Assembly (NCBI GenBank): GCA_964490075.1
Contig: CAZBBK010000030.1
Location: 1-63,987 of the forward strand
Source: an uncultured Gemmatimonadota bacterium
Lineage (GTDB): Bacteria; GCA-2686955
DNA: 63,987 bases
Direction of reading: 5' to 3'
Shown here: one piece after another, positions 36,921 through 47,491 of the stretch
How positions within the stretch are numbered: position 1 is the first letter of the stretch
How the letters are laid out: every line of letters starts with the position of its first letter
Made by a program: the position numbers and the translations under genes
The notes under the pieces: generated by a model
Databases searched by the model: none
Told to the model about the DNA's origin: nothing
The model's input: only the letters and a program-made list of their open reading frames with translations

Positions 36921-38210
36921 TCAGCCGCTGACGGTCTTCTCGTCGACCGGGCTCGGATCGGGCTCCGCGGCGCCCTTCCCCTCGACCTTCTCGCCAACGA
37001 TGCCGCGGTAGAAGGCGACCATGCGCTGCCCCATCAGCTTGCGGTCGAAGCGGGCCACCGCCTCCATGCGCGCCTCGCGACCGGCCTCGCGCAGCGCCGC
37101 GGGATCGGCGACGACGTCGCGCATCGCCCCCGCCAGAGCCTGCGCATCGCCACGTGGGATCAGGAAGCCGGTGCGGCCGTCGTCGACGATCTCGGTCTGG
37201 CCGCCCAGGTCGGTGGTGATGACCGGCAGGCCGGACGCATGCGCCTCGAGCACCACGTTGCCGAAGCTCTCGCGGTAGGTCGGAGCGACCAGCACGTCGG
37301 CCACCGCGTAGATCTCCGGCATCCGCTCGGGCGACACCGTCCCCAGGAACAGGACCTGCTCGTCGATCCCTTCGGTTTCGAAGCGAATCTCCAGCCAGCG
37401 CCGCATCGACCCCGACCCCGGCGCGGTCAAGTGGTCGGTGCCGGCGATCACCAGCATCGCCCCGGGGGTTTCGGCCGCCACCTGCTGGAAAGCCGCCGGC
37501 AAGAGCTGCACTCCCTTGCGGAACTCCAGCGGTCCGGCATAGAGGAACACGCAAGCGTCTCGTGGGATGCCCGCCGACTGGCGTGCGGCCCCCCGATCGG
37601 TGGGACGGAAGCGATCGAGATCGGTGCCGTTGGGAATCACGTGGGCCGGCGGCCGGGACGGCATCTTGCCGCCCAGCTCCGCCGCCGCGTACTCCGAGGG
37701 AGCCAGCAAGGCGGCCGCGCGGCGCAGCGGAATCCGCTCCAGCAAGGCGGCCAGCCACTGGTCCAGGCGCTGCAAAGGCCCGGCCGGCCAAGCCTTGCGA
37801 TTGATCTCCTCGAGATCGGGCAGACTCATGGCGGCGCGCACCACGAAGGGCGGCGAGCTGGCCCGCCGGGCGAACGCGAAGTGGAAGGCCTCGCCCAGAA
37901 GATCCGGGAACTGCACGATGTCGATCGGCCGTTCCTGCCTGATGCGCTTGAGCTGCCGGGCGACTCCTCGCGAGTAGCGCAAGGCGTTGCGGGTCTTGGG
38001 CAGGAAGAAGCTCTTGCGCCAGCGATACTCGAAGCGGAACACGCGGACCCGGCCGTCGCGTTCCTCGACGGTCGCCGCCGCGGAGCTCGACACGACCATC
38101 ACCCGATGCCCCGCCTCGCTCAGCGTGCGCGCCAGCGTCTGGGTGTAGGTCCCCAGCCCCCCGCGCCCGGTTTCCGATGGGTAGTGGCGCGAGCAGAGAA
38201 CGATGTGCAT
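36921..38210 (-). CDS. Glycosyltransferase family 4
   Basis: GGLGTY, VIPNGTD, KG, ESFGNVVLEAHASGLPVI; GAGGAGG RBS before ATG 38210. Confidence 0.93.
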   Translation of the reverse strand: MHIVLCSRHYPSETGRGGLGTYTQTLARTLSEAGHRVMVVSSSAAATVEERDGRVRVFRFEYRWRKSFFLPKTRNALRYSRGVARQLKRIRQERPIDIVQFPDLLGEAFHFAFARRASSPPFVVRAAMSLPDLEEINRKAWPAGPLQRLDQWLAALLERIPLRRAAALLAPSEYAAAELGGKMPSRPPAHVIPNGTDLDRFRPTDRGAARQSAGIPRDACVFLYAGPLEFRKGVQLLPAAFQQVAAETPGAMLVIAGTDHLTAPGSGSMRRWLEIRFETEGIDEQVLFLGTVSPERMPEIYAVADVLVAPTYRESFGNVVLEAHASGLPVITTDLGGQTEIVDDGRTGFLIPRGDAQALAGAMRDVVADPAALREAGREARMEAVARFDRKLMGQRMVAFYRGIVGEKVEGKGAAEPDPSPVDEKTVSG

Positions 38211-38433
38211 GCTCTTCCGCCTCCTCGATGAGACCTCCCGGGCGCCACGGCTCGAATGCCGCGCGTGCCCCACTTTCATCATCGGCGCGCCGGCGGCGCC
38301 AGCTTGAAGGTCCCCGCGGCTACAATCGTCGCGAGTCGCCTGGGTGGCCGTGGCGGCCCCGCCATCGGGCCGCCGCGACGATTTCGACGCAACGGGACCG
38401 CCGCAAGGGTCCAGGGAGGCATCCGCGACCAGA

Positions 38434-41400
38434 ATGGAGCGCTTCGAGGCTCTCGGGCAATGCCGGAGCGGAGGCATGGGCCGCGTGCAGCGGGTGCGCG
38501 ACCGGGCCGGCGCGGGGATCGTGGCGCTCAAGACCAGCGAGGCTCCAGAGCACGACGAGGCGATCCGCCGCGAGTTCGAGCTGCTCTCGCGGCTGCGTCA
38601 TCCCGCGCTCCCGGTCGGGCTCGAGCTCGGCGCCGCGCCCGGGGGCCGCGCGGCCTTCACCCAGACCTGGGTCGCCGGCGAGCCGCCGCGGCCGGGCACG
38701 CTGACCGAACCGCGCCAGCTGGCCGCGCTCGCCGCTCGCCTGCTGCACGTCCTCTGCTACCTGCACCGGAGCGGCCTGGTCTACCTCGACCTGAAGCCGG
38801 ACAACATCCTCTGCCCGCCCGGCGCAGGGCCGCACCTCGTCGACCTGGGCTTGGCGCGCGACCTGGGCCGGCACGGCGCGGGGATCACCGGCACGGTTCA
38901 CTACTTCGCACCGGAGCTGCTGCGCGGCGAACCGGTCGACGGCCGGGCCGATCTCTACTCGCTGGGGCTGCTGCTGGTCCATCTGCGCACGGGTCACTTG
39001 CCTTTTCGCGCGGCCGGAGGCAACGCCCTGGCGCGCGAGAAGATCGAAGAGGGCGGCGCGGTCGTCGAGCGGGCGCGTCTGGCCTTCGGTGGGGACTGGG
39101 GGGACTGGATTGCGTCGCTGCTGGCGCCCGATCCGGGGCGGCGTTGCGCCGGCACCGAGCGCGCCCTCGAGAGCATGCCCGAAGACGCTCCCGCCCCGGC
39201 GCCACGCGACGCGGAAATCATGGGGCGCGAGGCGCCCTTGGCGCTCGTGGCCGAGGCGCTGGACGCCGCCTCGGCGCAGGGACGGGGCGGGATCTTCGTG
39301 GTGCGTGCTCCGGAGGGCGCCGGAACCAGCCGGCTGATGATCGAGGCGCTGCGACGCGCCCAGCTGCGCGGCATCCGGGCGGCGCGGCTGGTGACCGGAC
39401 CGGGCGATCCGGCGCGCCGCTTGCAGCATGCGTTGGCCTCTTTCGCGCCCGGTCGGGCCGGGGACTCCACGGATCCGCTGGACCGAGTCCTGGTGGCGAT
39501 CGACGCCGCGGGGCGGACCGGAGGGGCTGCGCTCTTCGCGATCGAAGCCGGTGACGACGCGGCAACGCTGACGGTGTTGCGCCAGTGCGCCGCGGCCACG
39601 ACCGATCTGCCGCTGGTGGTGCTCTGCGATCGCGTGGTCGAGAGTCCCGCCCGAGAGACCCTCGATCTGCCGGCGCTGGGCGTCGAGGATGTGGCGTCGG
39701 TCACGGCCAGGGCCTGGGGGCAGGATGCGGCGGAGCGCTTCGCCGCCAAGCTGCGCGAGACCACCGGAGGCAATCCTCGTTTCTTGCTGGCTCTGCTCGG
39801 CTCGGGCCCACCGCACGCGGCCCGCATGCCCGATTCGATGGTGGCGCTCTTCGACGAGCGCGCCCGCTCGCTCCCCGAGCCCGCGCAGGCGCTGCTCGAC
39901 CTCCTCTCGTGCGTGTCGATCCCGGTCGACCTGGCGACCGTCGCCGAGGCGCGATCGCGCTCCGAGGCGGACATGCGACGCGAGCTGGCGGAGTTGACGC
40001 GCCGCGGCCTGGTGACCGAGAGCGCGCCTTCCATGGGCAGCTCGGCGGTGCATTTCGAGCTGGCCTTGCGCGAGCTGGGCGACCGGCGGGCCGCGCGGCT
40101 GGAGGCCGCGGAGCGCCGGGCGCTGCACGAGCGCCTGGCGGGAGCGTTGGCGGCGCGGCGGGGACCGGCCGAGGCCGGGGAGCGTGCCCGCCAGCGGGAG
40201 CTGGCCGGCGACGCGGCGGGCGCCCGCGCCGACGCGCTGCTGGTGGCGCGTCACGAGGAGGCCACCGGGGAGCAGCGCATCGACGCCCTGCGCGGCGCGT
40301 TGAGGCTGCGGCCCCCGGCCGAGTCCCGCGCGGCGTTGGAGGACGAGCTGGCCGAGTGCCTGGGGCGCGCCGGTCGTGTCGACGAGGCGCTCGCCCTGCT
40401 GTCCGAAGAGGGCGACGGCGGCCTCCGGAGGCTGAGGATTCGCGGAGAGCTGCAGATCAGGCGGGCCTGCTTCGACGCCGCCTGGACAGATTTGACGCGC
40501 GTCATGGACGCGCCGGCCGGCGACCGGAGCGGCGCCGAGGCCGAGCCCGCGAAGGCGGCGATGCGGCTGGTGCGCCTGCTCGAGGGGCGCGGCGAGATCG
40601 ACGCCGCGTTGGACTGCGCCCGAACCGCCATGACGCGCTCCGCGGCCGCATCGCAGGACCACAGAGAAGCTCGCAACGTCTTCGGCTCTCTGCTCCTGGC
40701 CGCGGGCCGGGGAGAAGAGGCCGAGGCCGAGCTGGAGCTCGTGCTGCGGCACAGCCGCGACGCGGGCGACCGGCGCGAAGAAGCGGGCGCCTGGAACAAC
40801 CTGGGGCTGGCGGCGATGGCGCGCGGGGCCTGGAGCGAGGCGGGCGAGCGCTTCCAGCGGGGCCTGGAGATGCAGACCGACCTGGGGGACCTGGCCAAGC
40901 AGGCGACCGGCTGGGACAACCTCGGCGTCGCGGCGCACCGGGCGGGCGACGATGCGCGCGCCATCCGCGCCCTGGAGCGCGGCCTGCGCTACCGGGTGCG
41001 GATCGGCGACCCGAAGCGGATCGCCGACTCGCACAACAACATCGGCGCGCTCTGCTACACCCGTCGCGAGCATTCCGAGGCGGCGCGTCACCTGGAGCGG
41101 GCGCTGCAGCTGCGGCGCGCCCTGGGAATCCCGGCGGACATCTCCAAGACCCTCAACAACCTGGCCCTGGTCCACTCGTCGCGCGGCGAGCTCGGCGAGG
41201 CGCGGGCGTGTCTCGAGCAGTCGATCGAGCTCAAGCGAGGGCTCGATGACGCGGTCGGCGTCGCCAACTCGTGCGTCAACCTGGCCGCGACCGTGCTGCG
41301 CGCCGGGGATCCGGCGCGGGCCCATCGACTGCTCGACGAGGTGGCGGCGTACGCCGACCGCGAGAGGAACGACGAGCTGCGCTTGTCGGTGCTGGAGCAT

Positions 41401-43491
41401 CGGGCGCCGGCTCACCTTTCCTCCGGGCGTCCCGATCTGGCGCTGGCGGCGGCGCTCGGCGCAGTCGATCTGCAGGGGGGCGAGGGGGCTCGGGTGATGC
41501 ATGCCCTGCTGGCGGCGATCGACGCCAATCTCGCTCTCGGTCGCGTGCCGGAGGCGCTGCACCTGGCGGCGCGTGCGAGCACGACAGTGGAGAGCTCGGG
41601 CACGCCCGAGGGGCTGCAGGCTGCGCTGCATCGCCGCCTCGCGGAGGTGCACATCGGCGCCGGCGATCTGCCCAGCGCCACGATCCACCGCGGGCAGGCA
41701 TGGACCGCGCTGCAGCGCGGGGTGGGCGACCCCGAAGAGGGGGAGTGCCTGCGCATGGAGGGCGACCTGCTGCTGGCGCGCGGGCGGACCCAGGAGGCGA
41801 TGGCGGCCTTCGAGCGAGCAGTCGACCATCACCGGCGCTGGGGCGGACGCCTCGCCCTGGCGATGGCCTATGCTCGGCTGGGCGACGCGGCGGCACGCTG
41901 CGGAGCGGCGCAGCGCGCACGCGAGGCGCAACAGGAGGCACGAAAGGTGCAGGAATCGATGGGCAACGAGTGGCGCAGGGGCGGCGCGGACCAGCCCGAG
42001 GCGAGTGGGGCGGGCCCCGATCCGCTCGAGATCCTGCGTCGCGTCGGCGGCATGCTGACCGGCCTCGGCGATCCCGACGAGGTGTTGCACGGAGCGCTCT
42101 CGGTCGTGCTCGAGACCATCGGCGCCGAGCGCGGTCAGGTTTTCCTGCTCGATCCCGGCTCCGGTGAGCTGCAGATCCGCGTGGCGCGCAACATGGATCC
42201 CGAGACCAGCGAGGACGCCGCCCATCACTCCCGCACCATCCTCGAGCGCACGCTCAGCGAGCGCACCGTGCTCTTCAGCGACGACGCGCAGAGCGACGAG
42301 GACTTCCGCCACTTCCAGAGCGTGGCGCGCTACAAGATCGTCTCCTTCATCTGCGTGCCGATGGTCAGCCGGGGCCGGGCGATGGGCACCATCTACGTCG
42401 ACAACCGCAGCGTGGTGAACCGCTTCGATCGCTCCGACGCCGACTTCATGCAGGTCTTCGCCTCGCTTGCCGCAATCGCGGTCGAGAACGCGCTCTTGAC
42501 CCGGCGCCTGGTCCGGGAAAACGAGGAGCTGCGGCGCGAGGCGCGCGAGGAGTGGGAGCTGCCCAACGTGGTCGGGCGCAGTCCCGCCATGCAGCGCATC
42601 GCCGAAGTGGTGCGCAAGGTCGCCGCCACCCGCTCGATCGTTCTGCTCCTGGGCGAGACCGGCACCGGCAAAGAGGTGCTGGCGCGCGCGATCCACTACG
42701 AGAGCGAGCGCGCCGATCAGCACTTCGTCGCCGTCGACTGCGGCGCGCTGCAACCGACGCTGATCGAGTCCGAGCTCTTCGGGCACCGGCGCGGGGCCTT
42801 CAGCGGCGCCGTGGCCGACAAGCCGGGCCTCTTCGAGGAAGCCGACGGCGGCACCATCTTCCTAGACGAAATCACCAACATGGAGCTCGGCCTGCAAGCC
42901 AAGCTGCTGCGGGTGCTGCAAGAGGGCGAGGTCCGGCGCCTCGGCGATACCCGCGCGCGGCGCGTCGACGTGCGCGTGATCTGCGCCACCAACCGCGATC
43001 TGCGACAGGCGGTCGACGCCGGCGAGTTCCGTGAGGACCTCTACTTCCGCATCAACATCGTGCCGATCTCGCTGCCGGCCCTGCGCGAGCGCCCTTCCGA
43101 CATCGCCCCCCTCACGGCCCACTTCCTGGAGCGGATCCAGGAGCGCATCGGACGCCCCATCCAGTCGATCTCGCCGCGGGTTCGCGACGCGCTGCTGGCG
43201 CACGATTGGCCCGGCAACGTGCGCGAGCTGCAGAACACCCTGGAGGGGATGGCGGTGCTCTGCACCTCGGACCAGCTGACCGAACACGATCTGCCGGTGT
43301 GGCTGACCGAACGCGCCGCGGAGCCCGCCGCCACGCTCAGCGGCGGCGAGCGGCGCAGCCTGGTCGAGGCCCTCGAAGAGGCGGAGTGGATTCAGACCCG
43401 CGCGGCGCGCAAGCTCGGGGTAAGCGAGCGGGTGATGCGCTACAAGATGAAGAAGCACGGAATCGCCAATCCCAGGCGCGGCCCGACCTGA
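38434..43491 (+). CDS. Ser/Thr kinase - degenerate AAA - TPR - GAF - sigma54-interaction - Fis HTH fusion regulator
   Basis: [41 protein letters not shown] repeats; [65 protein letters not shown]. Confidence 0.92.
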   Translation: MERFEALGQCRSGGMGRVQRVRDRAGAGIVALKTSEAPEHDEAIRREFELLSRLRHPALPVGLELGAAPGGRAAFTQTWVAGEPPRPGTLTEPRQLAALAARLLHVLCYLHRSGLVYLDLKPDNILCPPGAGPHLVDLGLARDLGRHGAGITGTVHYFAPELLRGEPVDGRADLYSLGLLLVHLRTGHLPFRAAGGNALAREKIEEGGAVVERARLAFGGDWGDWIASLLAPDPGRRCAGTERALESMPEDAPAPAPRDAEIMGREAPLALVAEALDAASAQGRGGIFVVRAPEGAGTSRLMIEALRRAQLRGIRAARLVTGPGDPARRLQHALASFAPGRAGDSTDPLDRVLVAIDAAGRTGGAALFAIEAGDDAATLTVLRQCAAATTDLPLVVLCDRVVESPARETLDLPALGVEDVASVTARAWGQDAAERFAAKLRETTGGNPRFLLALLGSGPPHAARMPDSMVALFDERARSLPEPAQALLDLLSCVSIPVDLATVAEARSRSEADMRRELAELTRRGLVTESAPSMGSSAVHFELALRELGDRRAARLEAAERRALHERLAGALAARRGPAEAGERARQRELAGDAAGARADALLVARHEEATGEQRIDALRGALRLRPPAESRAALEDELAECLGRAGRVDEALALLSEEGDGGLRRLRIRGELQIRRACFDAAWTDLTRVMDAPAGDRSGAEAEPAKAAMRLVRLLEGRGEIDAALDCARTAMTRSAAASQDHREARNVFGSLLLAAGRGEEAEAELELVLRHSRDAGDRREEAGAWNNLGLAAMARGAWSEAGERFQRGLEMQTDLGDLAKQATGWDNLGVAAHRAGDDARAIRALERGLRYRVRIGDPKRIADSHNNIGALCYTRREHSEAARHLERALQLRRALGIPADISKTLNNLALVHSSRGELGEARACLEQSIELKRGLDDAVGVANSCVNLAATVLRAGDPARAHRLLDEVAAYADRERNDELRLSVLEHRAPAHLSSGRPDLALAAALGAVDLQGGEGARVMHALLAAIDANLALGRVPEALHLAARASTTVESSGTPEGLQAALHRRLAEVHIGAGDLPSATIHRGQAWTALQRGVGDPEEGECLRMEGDLLLARGRTQEAMAAFERAVDHHRRWGGRLALAMAYARLGDAAARCGAAQRAREAQQEARKVQESMGNEWRRGGADQPEASGAGPDPLEILRRVGGMLTGLGDPDEVLHGALSVVLETIGAERGQVFLLDPGSGELQIRVARNMDPETSEDAAHHSRTILERTLSERTVLFSDDAQSDEDFRHFQSVARYKIVSFICVPMVSRGRAMGTIYVDNRSVVNRFDRSDADFMQVFASLAAIAVENALLTRRLVRENEELRREAREEWELPNVVGRSPAMQRIAEVVRKVAATRSIVLLLGETGTGKEVLARAIHYESERADQHFVAVDCGALQPTLIESELFGHRRGAFSGAVADKPGLFEEADGGTIFLDEITNMELGLQAKLLRVLQEGEVRRLGDTRARRVDVRVICATNRDLRQAVDAGEFREDLYFRINIVPISLPALRERPSDIAPLTAHFLERIQERIGRPIQSISPRVRDALLAHDWPGNVRELQNTLEGMAVLCTSDQLTEHDLPVWLTERAAEPAATLSGGERRSLVEALEEAEWIQTRAARKLGVSERVMRYKMKKHGIANPRRGPT

Positions 43492-43547
43492 TCCGGTACG
43501 CGGAAGAGGATCGAAAGCTGCGCAGCGCTGCGAAGAACTGCGCAATT

Positions 43548-43574
43548 CCGTCGACGATGTCGACGATATCGTCG
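43548..43574. promoter_or_regulatory. Putative enhancer (bEBP binding site)
   Basis: gtcgacgatgtcgacgatatcgtcg containing the perfect palindrome cgacgatatcgtcg about 100 bp upstream of a sigma54 motif. Confidence 0.45.
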
Positions 43575-43663
43575 CCCCACTCTCCCACCACCAGCGGCCA
43601 TAGGCCCCACGAAGCACCGCCAACTCTCGTGCGGTTCGTTCCGTCGAGCCCTCGCGGCACCAG

Positions 43664-43680
43664 CGGCATGCGACTTGCAA
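43664..43680 (+). promoter_or_regulatory. Sigma54 (-24/-12) promoter
   Basis: cGGcatgcgacttGCaa: GG 43665-66, GC 43677-78, exact 10-nt spacing, TTGC intact. Confidence 0.7.
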
Positions 43681-43721
43681 CGTTGCGGCCGATGGTCTCT
43701 AAATCTGGAGCGCGCGTACCC

Positions 43722-44669
43722 ATGATCCTTCCACTCGTCCTCGCGGCGGGGCTGTCGGTCTCGGCGGAGCCGATCGACCCCCAGCGCATCGGTGTCTTCA
43801 TCAACGAGGTGATGTACCACCCCCACGAGCGCATGGGAGATCCCGAGGACTTCCAGTGGATCGAGCTCTACAACACCAGTGACCAGATCGTCTCGGTCAC
43901 CGGCTGGGAGCTGAACGGCTACACCTTCCCGCAGAGCCGCATCGGCCCCCACGGCTTCCTGGTCATCGCCCGCCAGGACCTGAGCGATCCCGACGGCGAC
44001 GGTCTCTACTACTCGACCTACTACCACCGCGGCAACGGCTTCCCGCACCACCAGGCCACCATTCTCGACGCCGAGAACCACGACTTCGGCCTGCTCGCCC
44101 CGGGGCGGGTGACGCTGCAGCTGCGCGACGATGGCGGCGAGCTCCAGGACGAGATCACCTATATCCGCGAGCTCGGCGGAGACGGCGACGGCCCATCGCT
44201 GGAGAAGATCGTCTCCTACTTCGAGCACCAGGAAGTCCTCTGGCGGCCGAGTCAGAATCCCTGGATCGTCGGCACACCGGCGCTGCAGAACTCCGCGGTC
44301 GCGGTGCGGATGGAGGTCCAGCGGCAGCGCGAGCTCTACCACCACGGCGAGATCCTGCACCTGTGGACCATGGTCGCGAACCGCAGCGCCTACCAGGCCC
44401 GCGGCAAGCTGCAGACGCGCAGCGTCGATCCCGAGCAGGACGAACGCATCGTCGAGCCCGGTCTGCTCTTCCATCTCGCCCCCGGCGAGAACCAGGTCTT
44501 CCACCAGAAGTGGAAGATCCCCACCGGCGCGCCCACCGGCGAGTGGCTGCTCAAGCAGGTCTCGTTCGGCCAGAGCCAGTCTCTGGCCCCCGAGATCGTC
44601 GAGTTCACGCTCGGCACCGTCGACGCCGAAGGCGAAGAGTCGCCCCCGGAAGCCGAGGCCCGCCGCTAG
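43722..44669 (+). CDS. Secreted lamin-tail-domain protein
   Basis: Signal peptide, VFINEVMYHP..QWIELYN...VSVTGWEL, GPSLE, GTP; GGAG RBS. Confidence 0.85.
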   Translation: MILPLVLAAGLSVSAEPIDPQRIGVFINEVMYHPHERMGDPEDFQWIELYNTSDQIVSVTGWELNGYTFPQSRIGPHGFLVIARQDLSDPDGDGLYYSTYYHRGNGFPHHQATILDAENHDFGLLAPGRVTLQLRDDGGELQDEITYIRELGGDGDGPSLEKIVSYFEHQEVLWRPSQNPWIVGTPALQNSAVAVRMEVQRQRELYHHGEILHLWTMVANRSAYQARGKLQTRSVDPEQDERIVEPGLLFHLAPGENQVFHQKWKIPTGAPTGEWLLKQVSFGQSQSLAPEIVEFTLGTVDAEGEESPPEAEARR

Positions 44670-44744
44670 CGACGATCATGTTCGCCGATCGTCGTGCCGA
44701 ATAGTATGGATGGGTGGAGCGCTGCCTCGTGCGGAGAGCCGGCC

Positions 44745-45743
44745 ATGGCGAAAGGCGAACGGATCCTGGTCGTCGACGACCAGGAAGACAACGTGTTCAT
44801 CCTGGAGCAGTTGCTCCAGCGCAACGGCTACCAGGTGGCCGTGGCGCGTGACGGCGTCGAGGCCCTGGAGAAGGCCGCCGAGCAGCGCCCCGACGTGGTG
44901 CTGCTCGATATCAACATGCCCCGCATGGACGGCCTCGAGGTCTGCCGCCGGCTGAAGAGCGACGAGTCGATGGCGGGAGCGGCGATCATCTTGATCAGCG
45001 CCCGCACCGAAAAGGGGCAGCGCGTCGAGGGACTCGATGCCGGAGCCGACGACTACATCTCGAAGCCATTCAGCCCCAAGGAGCTGCTGGCTCGAGTCCG
45101 GGCCCAGCTGCGGCTCAAAGGCCGCCAGGATCAGCTCCGCGACAGCAACGAGACCCTCAAGGAGATCTCGATCCGCGACGCCCTTACCGGGCTCTTCAAT
45201 CGCGGCTACCTCGACGCCCGCATCGAGGAGGAGATCGCACGCCGCGACCGCATCGCCGCCCCGCTCTCGGTGGCGCTGGTCGACATCGACCTTTTCAAGA
45301 GGGTGAACGACACGCGCGGACACCTGTGCGGTGACGAGGTGCTGCGCGAGGTCGGGGCCGAGATCCTCGCGTCGGTGAGGCGCTGCGATGTCGCCGCGCG
45401 CTACGGCGGCGAGGAGTTCTGCGTGGTCCTGCCGGACGCGGACCGGCACGGCGCGCGCCGGGTTGCCGAACGGCTGCGGGCGGCGGTCGAGGCCAAGGTG
45501 ATGACTTTCGCCGGAGAGGATTTTCACGTGACGGTGAGCGTGGGAGTGGCGCAGTTCTCCCACGAGCTGAGCGGAGCTCCGGATCTCCTGGCGCTGGCGG
45601 ACCGGGCGCTCTACGACGCCAAAGAGCAGGGCAGGAACCGCGTCGTGGTGGCCGCCACACCGGTCCCGGTGGAAGGGCTGCTGCCGAGCGATCCCGGCGC
45701 GGAGGAGTTCAGCGATCGCTCAGAGAGCGCAACGCCTCGTTGA
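44745..45743 (+). CDS. Response regulator / diguanylate cyclase (REC-GGDEF)
   Basis: ILVVDD, LLDINMP, KPF; DALTGLFNR, DIDLFKRVND, RxxD I-site (RRCD), RYGGEEF. Confidence 0.95.
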   Translation: MAKGERILVVDDQEDNVFILEQLLQRNGYQVAVARDGVEALEKAAEQRPDVVLLDINMPRMDGLEVCRRLKSDESMAGAAIILISARTEKGQRVEGLDAGADDYISKPFSPKELLARVRAQLRLKGRQDQLRDSNETLKEISIRDALTGLFNRGYLDARIEEEIARRDRIAAPLSVALVDIDLFKRVNDTRGHLCGDEVLREVGAEILASVRRCDVAARYGGEEFCVVLPDADRHGARRVAERLRAAVEAKVMTFAGEDFHVTVSVGVAQFSHELSGAPDLLALADRALYDAKEQGRNRVVVAATPVPVEGLLPSDPGAEEFSDRSESATPR

Positions 45744-47160
45744 GCTCGCGAATCCGGAAGGGCTTCGCCAGGTGCCGCGCGTTGGTCTCGCGGAAGAAGC
45801 TCGCCGTCTCCGGACTCACCACGTCGCCGGTCATGAAGACCAGACGGCCCAGCAACGCCGGGCTCTTCTGCTCCAGCAGGCGGTAGAGATCCCGCCCCCC
45901 GAGGCCGGGCATCCGCACGTCCGACATGATGACGTCGAAGTCTTGCGCTTCGATCGCCTCGAGCGCTGACACCACCGTCGCCGCGGTCACCACCTGGTAG
46001 CCGGCCTCGACCAAGATCTCCCGCAAGAGATCGGTCAGCGCCTCTTCGTCATCCACGACCAGCACGCGCCTGGAATGCGTGATCTCCAGTCGATCACAGG
46101 ACTCGACCCGCGTGTCGACCGCCTGGACCGAAGCGCCCGCCGCGGGCAGGTCGATGGTGAAGGTGGTGCCGACTCCGACCCGGCTGCGCACTCGCAGCTC
46201 GCCGCCGTGCGATTCCACGATCCCGCGCGCGATGCTCAAGCCGAGCCCGGTGCCGTCGCCGTTTCCCTTGGTGGTGAAGAACAACTCGAAGATCCGTCCC
46301 TGCAGCTCCGGCGCCATCCCCGGACCGGAATCGGCCACGTCGATTCGAACCCGTCTCCCCCGGCTGCGAATGGTCACCACGATCTCGCGCCGGGGCGCCT
46401 CCTCCTGCAGGGCGTGTTGGGCGTTGGTCAGCAGGTTCACCAGCACCTGGCGCAGCTCCAGAGTGTCGCCCTCGACCCGGGGCTCGCCGGGATCGGGCGT
46501 GCAGCGCAGCGCGATGCCGCCTCCTTCGATCTGCCGGCGGACCAGCTCCACCGCCGACAGCGCCAGGCGATTGGCGTCGATCGCTTCCCGCCTCGGCTCC
46601 GATACCCGTCCAAAGGCCAACACCTTGCGGGCCAGGTCTCGGGCTCTCGCGGTGTCGCGCTGGAGCTGCTGCAAGAGCTTCTGCTGCGCGCCCTTCCCCT
46701 TCTGGCAGAGCATCTCCACCGCCACGCTGATCGAGGTCAGGGGGTTGTTCAGCTCGTGCACGATCTTCGCCATGTCCTTGCCGACCGAGGCCAGGCGATC
46801 GAGATGCGCCACCTGGCGCAGCAGAGATTCGTTCTCGGTGTGGTCGTGAAAGGTGAAGACGACGAATCCGTCGAGAGGACCCTTCAGCGGGCGTGCCGTC
46901 CATCGAATCAGACGCTGATCGAGAACCAGGGTGCCCGATTCACTCGGCACCGAGCGGGTCGCCGCTCCCCCCACGCACAGGGATTCGAAGAGCGGTCCGG
47001 AGGGCGCGATCTGCTCGAGGATTTCGTTGGCCGCCGCGTTGCTGTGCAGCGGTTGCCCGTGCCGGTCGGTTACAATGGCCGGCACGTCGATCGCGTCGAT
47101 GAGCGCCTGGGTCGTCCCAAGGCCCACCGGGGGCTCGCCGAGAGTTGGCCGTCGCGTCAA
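45709..47160 (-). CDS. Hybrid sensor histidine kinase (PAS-HisKA-HATPase-REC); start uncertain
   Basis: IVHELNNPL, NLLTNA, DSGPGM, FFTTK, GTGLGL; VVDDE, SDVRMPG, KPF; TTG 47160 with upstream GGAG chosen over the longer track ORF. Confidence 0.9.
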   Translation of the reverse strand: MTRRPTLGEPPVGLGTTQALIDAIDVPAIVTDRHGQPLHSNAAANEILEQIAPSGPLFESLCVGGAATRSVPSESGTLVLDQRLIRWTARPLKGPLDGFVVFTFHDHTENESLLRQVAHLDRLASVGKDMAKIVHELNNPLTSISVAVEMLCQKGKGAQQKLLQQLQRDTARARDLARKVLAFGRVSEPRREAIDANRLALSAVELVRRQIEGGGIALRCTPDPGEPRVEGDTLELRQVLVNLLTNAQHALQEEAPRREIVVTIRSRGRRVRIDVADSGPGMAPELQGRIFELFFTTKGNGDGTGLGLSIARGIVESHGGELRVRSRVGVGTTFTIDLPAAGASVQAVDTRVESCDRLEITHSRRVLVVDDEEALTDLLREILVEAGYQVVTAATVVSALEAIEAQDFDVIMSDVRMPGLGGRDLYRLLEQKSPALLGRLVFMTGDVVSPETASFFRETNARHLAKPFRIRELNEALRSLSDR

Positions 47161-47491
47161 TGGAGAGGTCTCCAGGCAGGAAACGGTGCTGCTCCTGTCG
47201 ACTCGAGAAGATCCTCTTTCTCTAGATCGACTTGGGGGGCGATTCCTTGACCTCCCTGGCGGCCCGCGCGGAGCCCGGCTCGTGCGTCGAAGCCACCGCC
47301 GTCGGCGCCGTCGAACACCGCATCGGACCAAGGCTCGGCGATCGCCGGAGCGCCAATGCCTGAACCGTCGGGGGCGGGTCGACGCAGACGGCGAAGCTTG
47401 CGACATAGCCCCATGAAGTTCAAGCATTTGCGCAGAAAGACGAATGACTCCATGAAATCGGTGTGCGCAGCCCGACGCTGCGCGACCTCAC

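Noticed and set aside
38320-42786. 1488-aa antisense ORF, and similar long shadow ORFs at 299-2275, 9199-12054, 25553-27727, 34546-37011 and 49952-52438
   Set aside because: They are opposite-strand shadows of motif-bearing genes, expected at high GC3, and carry no recognisable motifs.
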